A DNA stretch of 64,000 nucleotides from a candidate division FCPU426 bacterium (GTDB lineage: Bacteria; Oederibacteriota; Muellerivitia; Muellerivitales; Muellerivitaceae). This document shows positions 34,666 to 45,255 of this stretch, in pieces. Position numbers and translations under genes: made by a program. The stretch lies in contig CAWCKJ010000002.1 of assembly GCA_963796105.1 (NCBI GenBank), forward strand, positions 421,785 to 485,784. Reading direction: 5' to 3'. A model generated the notes under the pieces. It made no database searches. It saw only the letters and a program-made list of their open reading frames with translations, and was not told the origin of the DNA. Within the stretch, counting starts at the first letter, position 1. Each line of letters begins with the position of its first letter.

Positions 34666-35727
34666 ATGGCCCATTGGAAAGGCGTTATTGAGCAATACCG
34701 GTCCTACCTGCCCGTGACCGAAAAAACCCCGGTGGTGACCCTTTTGGAAGGGGGAACCCCGCTGATCTATGGAAAACGGATATCCGAAAAACTGGGAAAC
34801 GGCCTCAAACTTTTTTTCAAGTTCGAAGGAATGAATCCTACCGGATCCTTCAAGGATCGTGGGATGACCATGGCTATGACGAAGGCCAAGGAAGAGGGAG
34901 CCAAGGTTGTCGTTTGCGCCTCGACCGGAAACACCTCGGCTTCGGCTGCGGCTTATTCCGCCCAGGCTGGGATTTCCTGCGCCGTCTTCCTTCCCCATGG
35001 CTCCATCGCCTTGGGAAAACTGGCCCAATCCATGATCTATGGAGCGAAGGTAGTGGCCGTGGAGGGGAGTTTTGACGATGCCCTGAAACTCACCCGTGAT
35101 TTGGCGGACAAACACCCTGTGACGATGGTCAACTCGAACAATCCCTACAGGCTTTTGGGGCAGAAGACCGCTGCGTTTGAGGTTGTGGATGTCTTGGGCG
35201 ATGCTCCTGAGTATCACTGCATTCCGGTTGGAAATGCCGGCAATATCACGGCCTACTGGATGGGATACCGGGAATACCGTGAAAAAGGTTTTGCCAAACA
35301 GCTACCCCGGATGTGCGGCTTCCAAGCAGCTGGATCCGCCCCTATCGTCAACAAGCGGATCGTGGATCACCCTGAGACCATAGCCACGGCCATCAAAATC
35401 GGCAATCCCTATTCCTGGAAAAAAGCCGAGGAAGCCCGGGACGATTCCAAGGGGGTCATCGAGTCGGTAACGGACGAGGAGATCCTGGAAGCTTACCGGA
35501 TGTTGGCATCCATGGAGGGCCTTTTTTGCGAGCCGGCTTCCGCCGCTTCCTTGGCCGGAGTCATTAAAAAAAACAAGGATGGTTATTTCAAAGAGGGCCA
35601 AAGGCGGATCGTTTGCACTTTGACCGGGCATGGATTGAAGGATCCAGACCGTGCCGTGGCCTTGAGCGAGAAACCGCAGGTGGTGAAACCTGTGATGGAA
35701 GAGATACTCAAAGCACTAAAATTGTGA
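34666..35727 (+). CDS. thrC: Threonine synthase
   Basis: [40 protein letters not shown]. Confidence 0.96.
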   Translation: MAHWKGVIEQYRSYLPVTEKTPVVTLLEGGTPLIYGKRISEKLGNGLKLFFKFEGMNPTGSFKDRGMTMAMTKAKEEGAKVVVCASTGNTSASAAAYSAQAGISCAVFLPHGSIALGKLAQSMIYGAKVVAVEGSFDDALKLTRDLADKHPVTMVNSNNPYRLLGQKTAAFEVVDVLGDAPEYHCIPVGNAGNITAYWMGYREYREKGFAKQLPRMCGFQAAGSAPIVNKRIVDHPETIATAIKIGNPYSWKKAEEARDDSKGVIESVTDEEILEAYRMLASMEGLFCEPASAASLAGVIKKNKDGYFKEGQRRIVCTLTGHGLKDPDRAVALSEKPQVVKPVMEEILKALKL

Positions 35728-35816
35728 TCGTCTGTACCAATAGCAACCTCGCGGCAGGATTTGAAAAACCGTTCAAGTTTTAAGGTGTTTAAAGATAATC
35801 CGCAAAAAGGTGAATT

Positions 35817-37052
35817 ATGGCTCTGATCGTACAAAAATTCGGGGGCTCCTCAGTCGCGGACGCCCCTAAAATGCTTGAAGTAGCCGGGCGGATCGCCAAA
35901 AACCGGAAGCAGGGCCACGATGTGGTTGTGGTGGTTTCGGCGCCCGGGGATACCACCGACGATCTCATCGCCATGGCGCACAAGCTCACTGACACACCTG
36001 ACGAAAGAGAAATGGACGTCCTTCTGGCGACTGGCGAACAGCAATCCATCGCGCTTCTTTCCATCGCGCTCAAAAGCCTAGGTTGCGACGCCATTTCCTT
36101 CACGGGACCCCAAGTGGGCATCGTTACCGACGACGTTCATACCAAAGCCCGGATTGTAAAGGTAGGGGATTCTAAAATCCGATCCGCCCTCAGATTGGGA
36201 AAAGTGGTTATTGTGGCTGGATTCCAAGGGGAGAACAAAGATCACGAAATTACAACCCTGGGACGGGGCGGCAGCGATTTGACGGCGGTCGCCATTGCGG
36301 GAGCCCTCAAGGCGGATGTTTGCGAATTTTACAAGGATGTGGATGGAATTTTCACCGCCAATCCCTCTATCGTGGAGGATGCCCGCAAACTTTCTGCTGT
36401 CAGTTATGATGAAATGCTGGAGATGGCCAGCGCCGGGGCGCAGGTGTTGAACGCCAGGTCAGTGGAGTTCGCCAAGAATTTCAACATCAAGATTCATGTT
36501 CGGCCCACTTTCAATGAAAAGGAAGGAACATTCGTCATGAAGGAAACAAAGGCAATGGAAAAAGTTGTCATAAGCGGTGTGACCTATAATAAAAACGAGG
36601 CCAAAGTGACTGTTCGCGGGGTGCCAGACCGCCCCGGAATCGCTTCCACGCTTTTCTCTAAGCTAGGGTCCGCTGGTGTCAATGTGGACATGATCATCCA
36701 GAATATCGGGGAGAAGGGCCACTCGGACATGACTTTCACTGTGGACCGTTCCGAACTCAAGAAGACCATGAGGGTCGTAAACGAGGTTTCCAAATCCTTG
36801 AAGCCGGCCGGTGTACTCTGCGACGAGAACATCGCCAAGGTTTCAGTGGTCGGCGTGGGAATGAGGTCCCATTCGGGAGTTGCGGCCAAGATGTTTCAAG
36901 CCCTTGCCCAAAGTGGGGTGAATATCCAGATGATCTCCACATCAGAGATAAAAATATCAGTGGTCATCGATCAGAAGGACGTGGCGAAGGCGGTCCAGGC
37001 CATCCACGATAAATTCAAGCTGGGCAAAAAACCATCTACTGAACGGACATGA
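35817..37052 (+). CDS. lysC: Aspartate kinase
   Basis: VQKFGGSSV, TTLGRGGSD, two ACT domains, STSEIKIS. Confidence 0.96.
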   Translation: MALIVQKFGGSSVADAPKMLEVAGRIAKNRKQGHDVVVVVSAPGDTTDDLIAMAHKLTDTPDEREMDVLLATGEQQSIALLSIALKSLGCDAISFTGPQVGIVTDDVHTKARIVKVGDSKIRSALRLGKVVIVAGFQGENKDHEITTLGRGGSDLTAVAIAGALKADVCEFYKDVDGIFTANPSIVEDARKLSAVSYDEMLEMASAGAQVLNARSVEFAKNFNIKIHVRPTFNEKEGTFVMKETKAMEKVVISGVTYNKNEAKVTVRGVPDRPGIASTLFSKLGSAGVNVDMIIQNIGEKGHSDMTFTVDRSELKKTMRVVNEVSKSLKPAGVLCDENIAKVSVVGVGMRSHSGVAAKMFQALAQSGVNIQMISTSEIKISVVIDQKDVAKAVQAIHDKFKLGKKPSTERT

Positions 37053-37111
37053 AATTGGTTTCGGAATTTTGAATTTCCAGTGATATATCGCGAGAATCTT
37101 GTGCTGATGAA

Positions 37112-38725
37112 ATGAGGGGAAATGCCGTGGATAAAAAAATAGTTATATATGACGCTCTTTTAAGGGAAGGACCTCAAACCAGGGGCATTACCCTCTCTGT
37201 CCAGGACAAGCTAAGGTTGGCTCGGGTTTTGGACGATCTTGGAATTCATTATATAGAAGGTGGCTGGCCCGGCTCCAACCCCAAGGATGACGCCTTTTTT
37301 CAGGAGTCGAAAAAAATCAAATTCCGCACTGCAAAAGTATCCGTTTTTGGGATGACCCGGCGGGCTAAAAACCGGGCCTCACAGGATCCGAATCTCCTGG
37401 GTTTAGTGAAGTCGGGGGCCTCCACCGCGACCATATTCGGGAAAAGCTGGGATTTTCATGTGGACCAAACTCTCAAAATCTCGAGGGATGAGAATCTGGA
37501 GATTGTTTATGATTCTCTGAAATTTCTCAAGACGCGTTTTGACAAAGTTTTTTTTGACGCTGAGCACTTTTTCGATGGATACAAGTCAAATCCTGAGTAT
37601 GCCTTGAAATGCCTCGAGGCAGCCTTAGAAGGCGGCGCAGATTGTTTGGTTTTGTGCGATACCAATGGTGGCGCCATGCCGGAGGAAATCCGCTCTGCTA
37701 CGACCTCTGTGAAAAGGAGATTTTCCTCCTCGGAATTGGGTATTCATTGCCACAATGATGGGGACTTAGGGGTGGCGAACAGTTTGGCCGCCGTCTCGGC
37801 CGGCGTGAGCCAGATCCAGGGCTGCTTAAACGGTTATGGGGAGCGCTGTGGAAATGCGAACCTGACGTCCTTGATACCGGCCGTAGCTTTCAAGTTGAAG
37901 ATGCCCTTTATCCGGCCCCTGAGTCTTGAAAAACTTACGGAGGCATCAAGACAGGTGGATGAAATTTGCAATATGCACCCGCGGGAAAACGCGCCTTACG
38001 TGAGCAAAAGTGCCTTTACCCACAAGGCCGGCGTGCATATCGCGGCGGTCCGTAAGGCGTCGAAAAGCTACGAACATATCAATCCCGTATTTGTGGGAAA
38101 TGACCGCAACATTCTCATGTCCGATCAGGCTGGCTTGGCGGTTGTCCACCACAAAGCTTTGGACAAGCGGATCCGAATGAAAAAAGGGGGGTCTGAGGCT
38201 CGGAACGTCATCGACAAGATCAAGAATTTGGAAAATGAAGGTTACCAATTTGAGGAAGCTGAGGCTTCATTTGAGATTCTCTTGAAAAAAGCCTTGGGAC
38301 ATCATCGCCAATTTTTCGAATTGGTTACTTTCAGGGTGATAGTGGAGAACCGGGGTGACGGGAAGTTGATCTCCGAAGCCACCATCAAACTCAAAGTGAA
38401 CGGAATCCTTGAGAACACTGTGGGTGAAGGGGACGGTCCCGTCAACGCTTTGGATCAGGCTCTGCGGAAGGCGCTAGTGAAATTTTATCCCGCGCTTGGC
38501 AACGTACGCTTGACGGATTTCAAGGTCAGGGTATTAGACGCTAAAGAGGGAACCGCCGCCAAGGTGAGAGTTTTGATCGAGAGCGGGGACGAAAAACATA
38601 CCTGGAACACCGTTGGAGTTTCAGAAAACATCATAGAAGCCTCTTGGGAAGCGCTGGTGGATTCTATCGATTATAAGCTTCTCAAGGATGGCGGCGTTTC
38701 AAAAACGAAAAAGAAAAAATCCTGA
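37112..38725 (+). CDS. cimA: Citramalate synthase (DRE-TIM, LeuA-like)
   Basis: EGGWPGSNPKD, DAEHFFDG, HCHND, GYGERCGNANL, EGDGPVNALD, ENIIEASW. Start may be GTG 37127. Confidence 0.9.
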   Translation: MRGNAVDKKIVIYDALLREGPQTRGITLSVQDKLRLARVLDDLGIHYIEGGWPGSNPKDDAFFQESKKIKFRTAKVSVFGMTRRAKNRASQDPNLLGLVKSGASTATIFGKSWDFHVDQTLKISRDENLEIVYDSLKFLKTRFDKVFFDAEHFFDGYKSNPEYALKCLEAALEGGADCLVLCDTNGGAMPEEIRSATTSVKRRFSSSELGIHCHNDGDLGVANSLAAVSAGVSQIQGCLNGYGERCGNANLTSLIPAVAFKLKMPFIRPLSLEKLTEASRQVDEICNMHPRENAPYVSKSAFTHKAGVHIAAVRKASKSYEHINPVFVGNDRNILMSDQAGLAVVHHKALDKRIRMKKGGSEARNVIDKIKNLENEGYQFEEAEASFEILLKKALGHHRQFFELVTFRVIVENRGDGKLISEATIKLKVNGILENTVGEGDGPVNALDQALRKALVKFYPALGNVRLTDFKVRVLDAKEGTAAKVRVLIESGDEKHTWNTVGVSENIIEASWEALVDSIDYKLLKDGGVSKTKKKKS

Positions 38726-38806
38726 TTGGTTATAGTTTTTTCTTGAACGGATGGAAATTCATTTGATGCCTTTTAAAATATCTTCATCCTTATACCGGAT
38801 ATCTTC

Positions 38807-39610
38807 ATGAGAACTCGTCCCATTGGCATTTTCGATTCGGGTCTCGGAGGTTTGACCGTCGTAAGGGCCATTCGAAAAGAATTGCCGAGGGAGAAACTGG
38901 CGTATTTTGGGGACACGGCCCGCATTCCCTATGGCTCTAAAAGCCAAGACACCATCCTTCGATATGCCAGGCAGATCATTCGTTTTCTCCTGCAACGCGA
39001 GAAAGTGAAGGCAGTCGTCGTCGCTTGCAATACTTCCTCGGCTTGGGCGGTCAAAGACCTGAGAAAAGAGTTTGATATACCCATATTGGAAGTGATCATG
39101 CCCGGGGCTTCCGCGGCGGTTTCGGCGACCCGAAACGGAAAAATCGGGGTGATCGGCACGGAAGGAACCATTTTCTCGGGTGCCTACCCCAAGGCCATAC
39201 TTGGATTGATGCCGGGCGCGAAGGTTTTGGCGAGGTCCTGTCCTTTATTTGTGCCGCTTGTGGAAGAGGGAAAACTTTCCGGGCCTGTTGCGGAGACCAT
39301 CTCACGAGAATATCTCACGCCCCTCTTGAGGGCCGGTATTGATACCCTCCTTTTGGGATGCACCCATTATCCGCTTCTGAAAAGGACTTTATCCAAAATC
39401 ACGGGAAAAAAGGTCAAGATTGTCGATTCGGCGGATGAAACAGCCCGCAGTCTGCGACGGAACCTGGAGGCGCATGGCATCGAAATTTCCGGACACGGAG
39501 GAGAGACTTATTACGTCAGCGACCTTTCAAGAAAATTTCGGGAACACGCCCAAAGATTCCTGGGCCGCAATATTCGGAAAGTGGATAAAATATTAATCGA
39601 GAAATATTGA
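38807..39610 (+). CDS. murI: Glutamate racemase
   Basis: FDSGLGGLTV, PYGSK, ACNTSS, LGCTHYP. Confidence 0.96.
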   Translation: MRTRPIGIFDSGLGGLTVVRAIRKELPREKLAYFGDTARIPYGSKSQDTILRYARQIIRFLLQREKVKAVVVACNTSSAWAVKDLRKEFDIPILEVIMPGASAAVSATRNGKIGVIGTEGTIFSGAYPKAILGLMPGAKVLARSCPLFVPLVEEGKLSGPVAETISREYLTPLLRAGIDTLLLGCTHYPLLKRTLSKITGKKVKIVDSADETARSLRRNLEAHGIEISGHGGETYYVSDLSRKFREHAQRFLGRNIRKVDKILIEKY

Positions 39611-39658
39611 TCGAATCAGCAGACCTTGATTTGGGTGATGCGGTCCATGTTTCTCGGA

Positions 39659-39686
39659 TTGACAATAGGTTCCTTCAATCTACAAT
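39659..39686 (+). promoter_or_regulatory. Sigma70-type promoter
   Basis: TTGACA-16 nt-TACAAT, followed by SD AAGGAG at 39695-39700. Confidence 0.6.
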
Positions 39687-39706
39687 TGAACTTAAAGGAG
39701 ATCTCC

Positions 39707-40429
39707 ATTAAAGTTACAAACCTTTTATTAATATTCTTTATTTTTATTGTTCCTCCAGCCCTTTGGGCCAAGGGAGAGGATGTTTCACCCCCGACCAACT
39801 ACGAAATGGTGGAGGCTCCCACCGCATATACACTGATGCACGGTGGTTATGACTTGGTGACCCGCATCTACGAGAACGGCGGCCTGTTTTTGAGGGGCAA
39901 TGTCGGATTCAAGGATATGTTCATGTTTGGTTTTTCTGCCAATGGAACCAACATGATTGGATCAGGGGATATCCAGGTACAAACCCCGAGGTTGGCCTTG
40001 AAATTCCGTTTTTTAGATGAAAAATCCGCTCCTCTAGCCATGGCAGTGGGTTGGGACGATCGAGGTTATGGAACGGAGACTGATGGGCGCTTTTATCCAG
40101 GCACTCAAAAAGGACTTTACCTGGCAGCCAGCAAGGAATTTCCCCACGCCGGTTACATCCAACTGCATGGGGGGGTAAACGCGGTGTCTTTCAATGATTT
40201 CAACTCCAGCCGTGATTTGGGAGCTTTTTTCGGAACTTCTTTCGCGATCGCCCCGCCTCTGGCCCTGAATTTAGAACTGGATAAAATTTTGAATGACAGC
40301 TGGCAATTCAACGGCAATATCCTTTTTAATGTGGACAAACCTTTACGTGTGGGCGTGGATTTCAGGGATATCAATCGGCCCGGCCTTTTTTCCAGGATCG
40401 TACGTATCCAATACATGGGATTTTTTTAA
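39707..40429 (+). CDS. Secreted outer-membrane beta-barrel protein (YjbH-like), probable ATT start
   Basis: Signal peptide (M)KVTNLLLIFFIFIVPPALWA, PTA motif, amphipathic strands, C-terminal Y.GFF. Confidence 0.65.
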   Translation: MKVTNLLLIFFIFIVPPALWAKGEDVSPPTNYEMVEAPTAYTLMHGGYDLVTRIYENGGLFLRGNVGFKDMFMFGFSANGTNMIGSGDIQVQTPRLALKFRFLDEKSAPLAMAVGWDDRGYGTETDGRFYPGTQKGLYLAASKEFPHAGYIQLHGGVNAVSFNDFNSSRDLGAFFGTSFAIAPPLALNLELDKILNDSWQFNGNILFNVDKPLRVGVDFRDINRPGLFSRIVRIQYMGFF

Positions 40430-40536
40430 AAAGTTGAATTATTTATCCGCGAGAGGGAAAACCCGCCCTGATTTCAGGGGGAGAGCGCGGGCATTAATGT
40501 AATGGCTCTCGATACTGTGAAAAAGGCGGGTCGATT

Positions 40537-41064
40537 ATGCGAAAGAAAATTATATTGGTCTTGTTTGTGGCCATGAACACAGTTGCTTGCGGTACTCGTT
40601 CAAACGTGGATATGATACCCGCGGATAAACGGCAGGTTCCTCCGGAGATCAAGGCCTCATTTTTCAATTCGTCTTCAGAAAATTTAACACTCGAAAAACT
40701 CAAGGGAAAAGTAGTTGTTATAGATTTTTGGGCCACCTGGTGCGGCCCTTGCCGGATGGAACTGCCGGATTTGGTCAAGATTTATGATCAATACCGCGCC
40801 CAAGGTTTGGAAATGCTGGGCTTGTCGGTGGAGGCGGGTGACAACAAACCGAAAGAATATTTTGATAAATTTATGGCTTCCTTCAACATTAATTATCCAA
40901 TGGGATTGGCGACGGTGGAGACCATGCAAAACTACGGAATCAGGCCCATCCCCACGACTTTTTTTATTGATAAAAACGGAAAGGTCGCTATGACCTTTGT
41001 CGGGGCACATCCTCTGGTTGATTTCCAAGCGGTCATTGAGAAACTTTTAAAAGAGAAAATATAG
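40537..41064 (+). CDS. TlpA-family thiol-disulfide oxidoreductase lipoprotein
   Basis: Lipobox TVAC, DFWATWCGPC, IPTTFFID. Confidence 0.92.
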   Translation: MRKKIILVLFVAMNTVACGTRSNVDMIPADKRQVPPEIKASFFNSSSENLTLEKLKGKVVVIDFWATWCGPCRMELPDLVKIYDQYRAQGLEMLGLSVEAGDNKPKEYFDKFMASFNINYPMGLATVETMQNYGIRPIPTTFFIDKNGKVAMTFVGAHPLVDFQAVIEKLLKEKI

Positions 41065-41151
41065 TCTGCTGATTGATGGCGGAAACATGACGGCGTCTAT
41101 TTTGACGGGACAAAAGAGGTATAATTTCTTGAAAGAGCTTCGGCGGAGATT

Positions 41152-41586
41152 ATGAGCCCTACGCAGGAACCCGACATCAAAGAAAGCTTCCTGGATTTGT
41201 ACCGTGATCTTTTTACGCATGTTCCCTTCCTGGAAGTCGTGATCGAGCGTCTTGTTCATGGACAGCTTGTAGACAGGGTCATGTTAGAAAACCATCTGGG
41301 ACAAATGATTGCCGCGATTTCAATAAAACAAAAAAAAATCGGCCGGCAAACACCGGTGAAGCGGGTGCGTAAAGACCATCCCGATTACTTTAGGAGCGAA
41401 ATGACGAAGGTTTCCCGCGTCATCAAGGGACAACTAGTGGTTCTGCTAAAGACATCTTTTCTGGTAGAGAACCGGGATGTGGAGGAGGACTTTCTCCAAA
41501 CTTTAAGCGATGTAACGGACAATATCGCAGGAGCGTTCCAGCATGTTGTCCGATCCAATGTTTTGATGCCAGTTATGCTCAATTGA
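41152..41586 (+). CDS. Hypothetical protein
   Basis: 144 aa with SD GGAG; helical; no motif recognised. Confidence 0.65.
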   Translation: MSPTQEPDIKESFLDLYRDLFTHVPFLEVVIERLVHGQLVDRVMLENHLGQMIAAISIKQKKIGRQTPVKRVRKDHPDYFRSEMTKVSRVIKGQLVVLLKTSFLVENRDVEEDFLQTLSDVTDNIAGAFQHVVRSNVLMPVMLN

Positions 41587-41629
41587 AATACTCCTGCCGC
41601 CGAGGCCCCGAAATCCAGAAGGAGCCAAT

Positions 41630-42106
41630 ATGAAAGATGCCGCCAAGACAGAGAGCAGAGAACATCAGGTGTTTAGGCGATATTTAAGAGAGAAAAGATT
41701 GAAGTTGACGGACCAAAGGGAATTGCTTTTAGAAACTTTTCTGGGACAACAGATTCATATATCTGCGGAGGAGCTCTTCAAAAAGGCCAGGGTCAAAAAT
41801 CCTCATATGGGTTTTGCGACCGTATACCGCACTCTCAAGCACCTGACGAACTGCGGCTTGGCGCGGGAACTTGATTTCGGGGACGGTAGGTTCAAGTACG
41901 AGCCGGGTTTTGACCGCGAACACCACGACCATATGGTTTGCACCCAATGCGGTTCTTATATCGAGTTCATGAATCCGCGGATTGAAGAGCTCCAGGAACA
42001 AATCAGCCGAAAATACGGGTTCAAGATCAGCTCTCATCGGATGCTGCTTTATGGATTATGCCAGAAGTGCCAAAAGGGAAGGGCTGGAACAATAAACCGG
42101 ATCTAA
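41630..42106 (+). CDS. fur: Fur family transcriptional regulator
   Basis: TDQR, ATVYRTL, HHDHMVCTQCG, GLCQKC. Confidence 0.93.
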   Translation: MKDAAKTESREHQVFRRYLREKRLKLTDQRELLLETFLGQQIHISAEELFKKARVKNPHMGFATVYRTLKHLTNCGLARELDFGDGRFKYEPGFDREHHDHMVCTQCGSYIEFMNPRIEELQEQISRKYGFKISSHRMLLYGLCQKCQKGRAGTINRI

Positions 42107-42183
42107 GATACGGCGGGCGGCTACTGCCGGCCGGAGATATCGCCCGCCATTGTCCCATTTCAAATTCAATCAGGAGAGGAAGC

Positions 42184-42663
42184 ATGTCTGATTTTTTAGT
42201 CTCAAGCGCCACTCGGGATAAGTTGCAAGCCGAGCTGAACCGGCTCAAAACCGTCCGCCGGCCCCAGATCGCTAAGGCTTTGGAAGAGGCCAGGGCCCAC
42301 GGGGATCTGTCGGAAAACGCTGAATACGACGCGGCTAAACAGGAACAAGGTTTGCTCGAGGCCCGTATCCGGGAACTGGAAGATAAGCTTTCCCGCGTCC
42401 GGATTTTGGAGAACGAGAATATCACCGGAGAGCATGTCTCGATCGGCTGCGCTGTGACGGTCATGGACCTTAAGACTAAAACCCAGGAGATATACAGGCT
42501 TGTGGGAGAGGAGGAGGCTGATTTCGCCCAGAACAAAATATCCATCCGAACGCCCATCGCCAAGGGAATGATCGGCAAGAAAATCGGCGAGAAAGTGGAC
42601 ATTCAGGTCCCGGCGGGAATTCTCCAATATGAAATCCTTAAAATCGAGGTATCGGTGGGTTAA
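42184..42663 (+). CDS. greA: Transcription elongation factor GreA
   Basis: ARAHGDLSENAEYDAAK, ISIRTPIAKG; SD AGGAGAGG. Confidence 0.96.
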   Translation: MSDFLVSSATRDKLQAELNRLKTVRRPQIAKALEEARAHGDLSENAEYDAAKQEQGLLEARIRELEDKLSRVRILENENITGEHVSIGCAVTVMDLKTKTQEIYRLVGEEEADFAQNKISIRTPIAKGMIGKKIGEKVDIQVPAGILQYEILKIEVSVG

Positions 42664-42718
42664 TTAGGCTTAAGGCCGCGGTTTTCCGCGTTAAGCGGAA
42701 TGATGCCCTTAAAAAAAC

Positions 42719-42750
42719 AAAAGGCCCCCGTTATTCACGGGGGCCTTTTT
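42719..42750. terminator. Bidirectional intrinsic terminator between greA and eno
   Basis: AAAAGGCCCCCGT-tattc-ACGGGGGCCTTTTT with A and T runs on either side. Confidence 0.85.
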
Positions 42751-42771
42751 ATTTGCCAGCGCGAGGTCAGC

Positions 42772-44046
42772 TTATTTCGCGAATGGGTTGCTGAATACTG
42801 CGGCTTTACCCAAGTCCTTCTCGATCTCCAGCAAACGGTTATACTTGGCAATCCGCTCGCTTCTGCAGGCGGACCCCGTCTTGATCTGGCCACCCCCCAT
42901 GGCTACCGCGAAATCGGCCATGAAGGCGTCCTCGGTTTCCCCGGAGCGGTGGGAAATGACAAATCCCCATCCCGCCTTTCGGCAGAGTTGGATCGTCTCA
43001 ACCGTCTCCGTGACAGTCCCGATCTGGTTGAGCTTGATGAGAACGGCGTTGGTGGATTTTTCCTTGATGCCGCGGACGACGAATTTCGTGTTGGTGACAT
43101 AAAGATCATCGCCCACAATTTGAATCTTGTCACCCAGAACCTCGGTGTGCGTCTTGAACCCCGCCCAGTCGTTTTCAGCCAAACCGTCCTCTATTGAAAA
43201 AATAGGGTATTTCTCAACCCAAGTTTTATAGAGGTCGGTCATTTCCTTGCTTGATTTTTTTCCTTGACCAGACTTGGAAAGCACATAGGCTCCATTCTCG
43301 AAAAAGGAACTGGCGGCTGGATCTAGGGCGATGACTACATCCTTACCCGGCTTATAACCGGCGGCCTCGATAGCCTGGACAATCACCTCGACCGCTTCCT
43401 CGTTACTTTTTAAATTCGGAGCGAATCCGCCTTCGTCTCCCACGGCAGTGGAATAATTTTTCTTATGGAGGATATTTTTAAGGGCGTGAAAAGTTTCAGC
43501 CCCATAACGCAGAGCTTCCGCAAAAGTGGGAGCCCCTATCGGCATGGCCATGAATTCCTGTAAATCCACGCTGTTGTCTGCGTGTTTGCCGCCGTTAATA
43601 ATGTTCATCATTGGAACAGGGAGCCGCGTGGCGCCTACGCCACCCAGGTAAGCGTAGAGTGGGATCCCAGATTCTTCCGCGGATGCGCGGGCTATCGCCA
43701 TGGAACATCCCAAGATGGCGTTAGCTCCGAGCTTGCTCTTATTGGAGGTGCCGTCCAAGCCGATCATGAGCTTGTCCAACTCAGCCTGGTTGCATGAATC
43801 AAGCCCCTCCAGGGCCGGCGCGAGCTTCTTATTTACGTTCTCCACGGCTTTCAAAACTCCCTTGCCCCCATAACGTTTCTTGTCGCCGTCGCGCAACTCC
43901 ACGGCCTCGTTTTCACCCGTGGAAGCGCCAGAAGGAACCGACGCGGTAACCGAAACGCACCCTTCCAGTTCGACCTTCACGCGGACTGTCGGGTTGCCCC
44001 TGGAATCCAGAATCTCCATACCTTGCACTGAACTGATTTTGCCCAT
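42772..44046 (-). CDS. eno: Enolase
   Basis: [48 protein letters not shown]. Confidence 0.98.
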   Translation of the reverse strand: MGKISSVQGMEILDSRGNPTVRVKVELEGCVSVTASVPSGASTGENEAVELRDGDKKRYGGKGVLKAVENVNKKLAPALEGLDSCNQAELDKLMIGLDGTSNKSKLGANAILGCSMAIARASAEESGIPLYAYLGGVGATRLPVPMMNIINGGKHADNSVDLQEFMAMPIGAPTFAEALRYGAETFHALKNILHKKNYSTAVGDEGGFAPNLKSNEEAVEVIVQAIEAAGYKPGKDVVIALDPAASSFFENGAYVLSKSGQGKKSSKEMTDLYKTWVEKYPIFSIEDGLAENDWAGFKTHTEVLGDKIQIVGDDLYVTNTKFVVRGIKEKSTNAVLIKLNQIGTVTETVETIQLCRKAGWGFVISHRSGETEDAFMADFAVAMGGGQIKTGSACRSERIAKYNRLLEIEKDLGKAAVFSNPFAK

Positions 44047-45255
44047 GTCCAAGCTCCTTTCGGATTTTAAAACTAAAGCGGTCTCTCTTACGCTTTCCAT
44101 CACGAAGTAAAAAAATCAAATGGGTTATAAAATAAAACGAATTTCAAAACTACATTGGCCCAAGAATATAACCGAAAGGTTTCAGGATGAATATGATAAA
44201 TGCCTTAATGCCTATTTAAAATGTGCCGTTGAAAAAATAAACGAAATAGGGTAATCAACACGCCAAAAGCATGAAATGCCCTTTTGTGGGCATGGGTTCA
44301 AACCCGGTGTTATCCCCTTTGCGGGCTTGTTAACCATTATTAGGGCTGCCTTTGCAATAAATAAATTGTCGGAGACATCATTTAAATAAATATACTGGAG
44401 TTTAATGTGAAATTTAATCAACGGATTCATGCCGAAGGAGCCCAATGTTAATTGACGGAACGAAAATCCGGGAGGAAAGGCCCGCTTCGGTTCTTTGGTT
44501 TTTTCTTTTCGCGGTGATATTTGCCGGTCAAGTTCTTCCGCGATTGACTCAAGATTCCCCTGCAGGGGATGAGTGTATGGATGTCACTGATGGTTGCGAT
44601 TATTGGAGCGGTGATATTGGGTTCTCGTTTCCCCAACATCTTCCGCTAGCCAGGTGCCTCCAGGGAATTCCTTTTCGACTGATGGGATTGAAGGTTGATC
44701 ATGATGTTATTTTACCACCCCAAGCCGGTCCTGGTTCCTCGACCCGTTTGAAAAGATTCGAGACGGCATTGGCCATTTCCCGCCTCATCACTATGTTATT
44801 TGGCCTCGGCATCGGTTTTACCTTGTATTGGGTGTGCAGGTGGGAACAACTCGTTTTTGTGATTGTCACTTTGTTCTTGTGGTCGACCGAACCGGCTTTG
44901 CTCGCGTTTTCCGGTTTGGCGGGAACAGACGTTCCCCTCACGATGATGTTTTTTTTATCCGTCTTGATGTTCAAACGTTCCTTGGAAAAACCCAAGGAAA
45001 TGGAATTTATATTATCTGGATTGTTGATGGGCTTAGCGTTGACGATTAAATTCTCCGCGCTGCTATTAATCCCGGTTTTTATTGCTTTGGAAATAATTTG
45101 GCGATTAGAGCCTAAAAACGCATCTCCGGATTATTTAGCTGACTTGTTTAAGAGATGGGCGCTTGGAGTGATAATCGTTTTAATTTGGATTTTTTCTATT
45201 TATCTTCCTGGGACGATTTGTGATGCTGAACACCATTGGCCATTTTATTATTATT

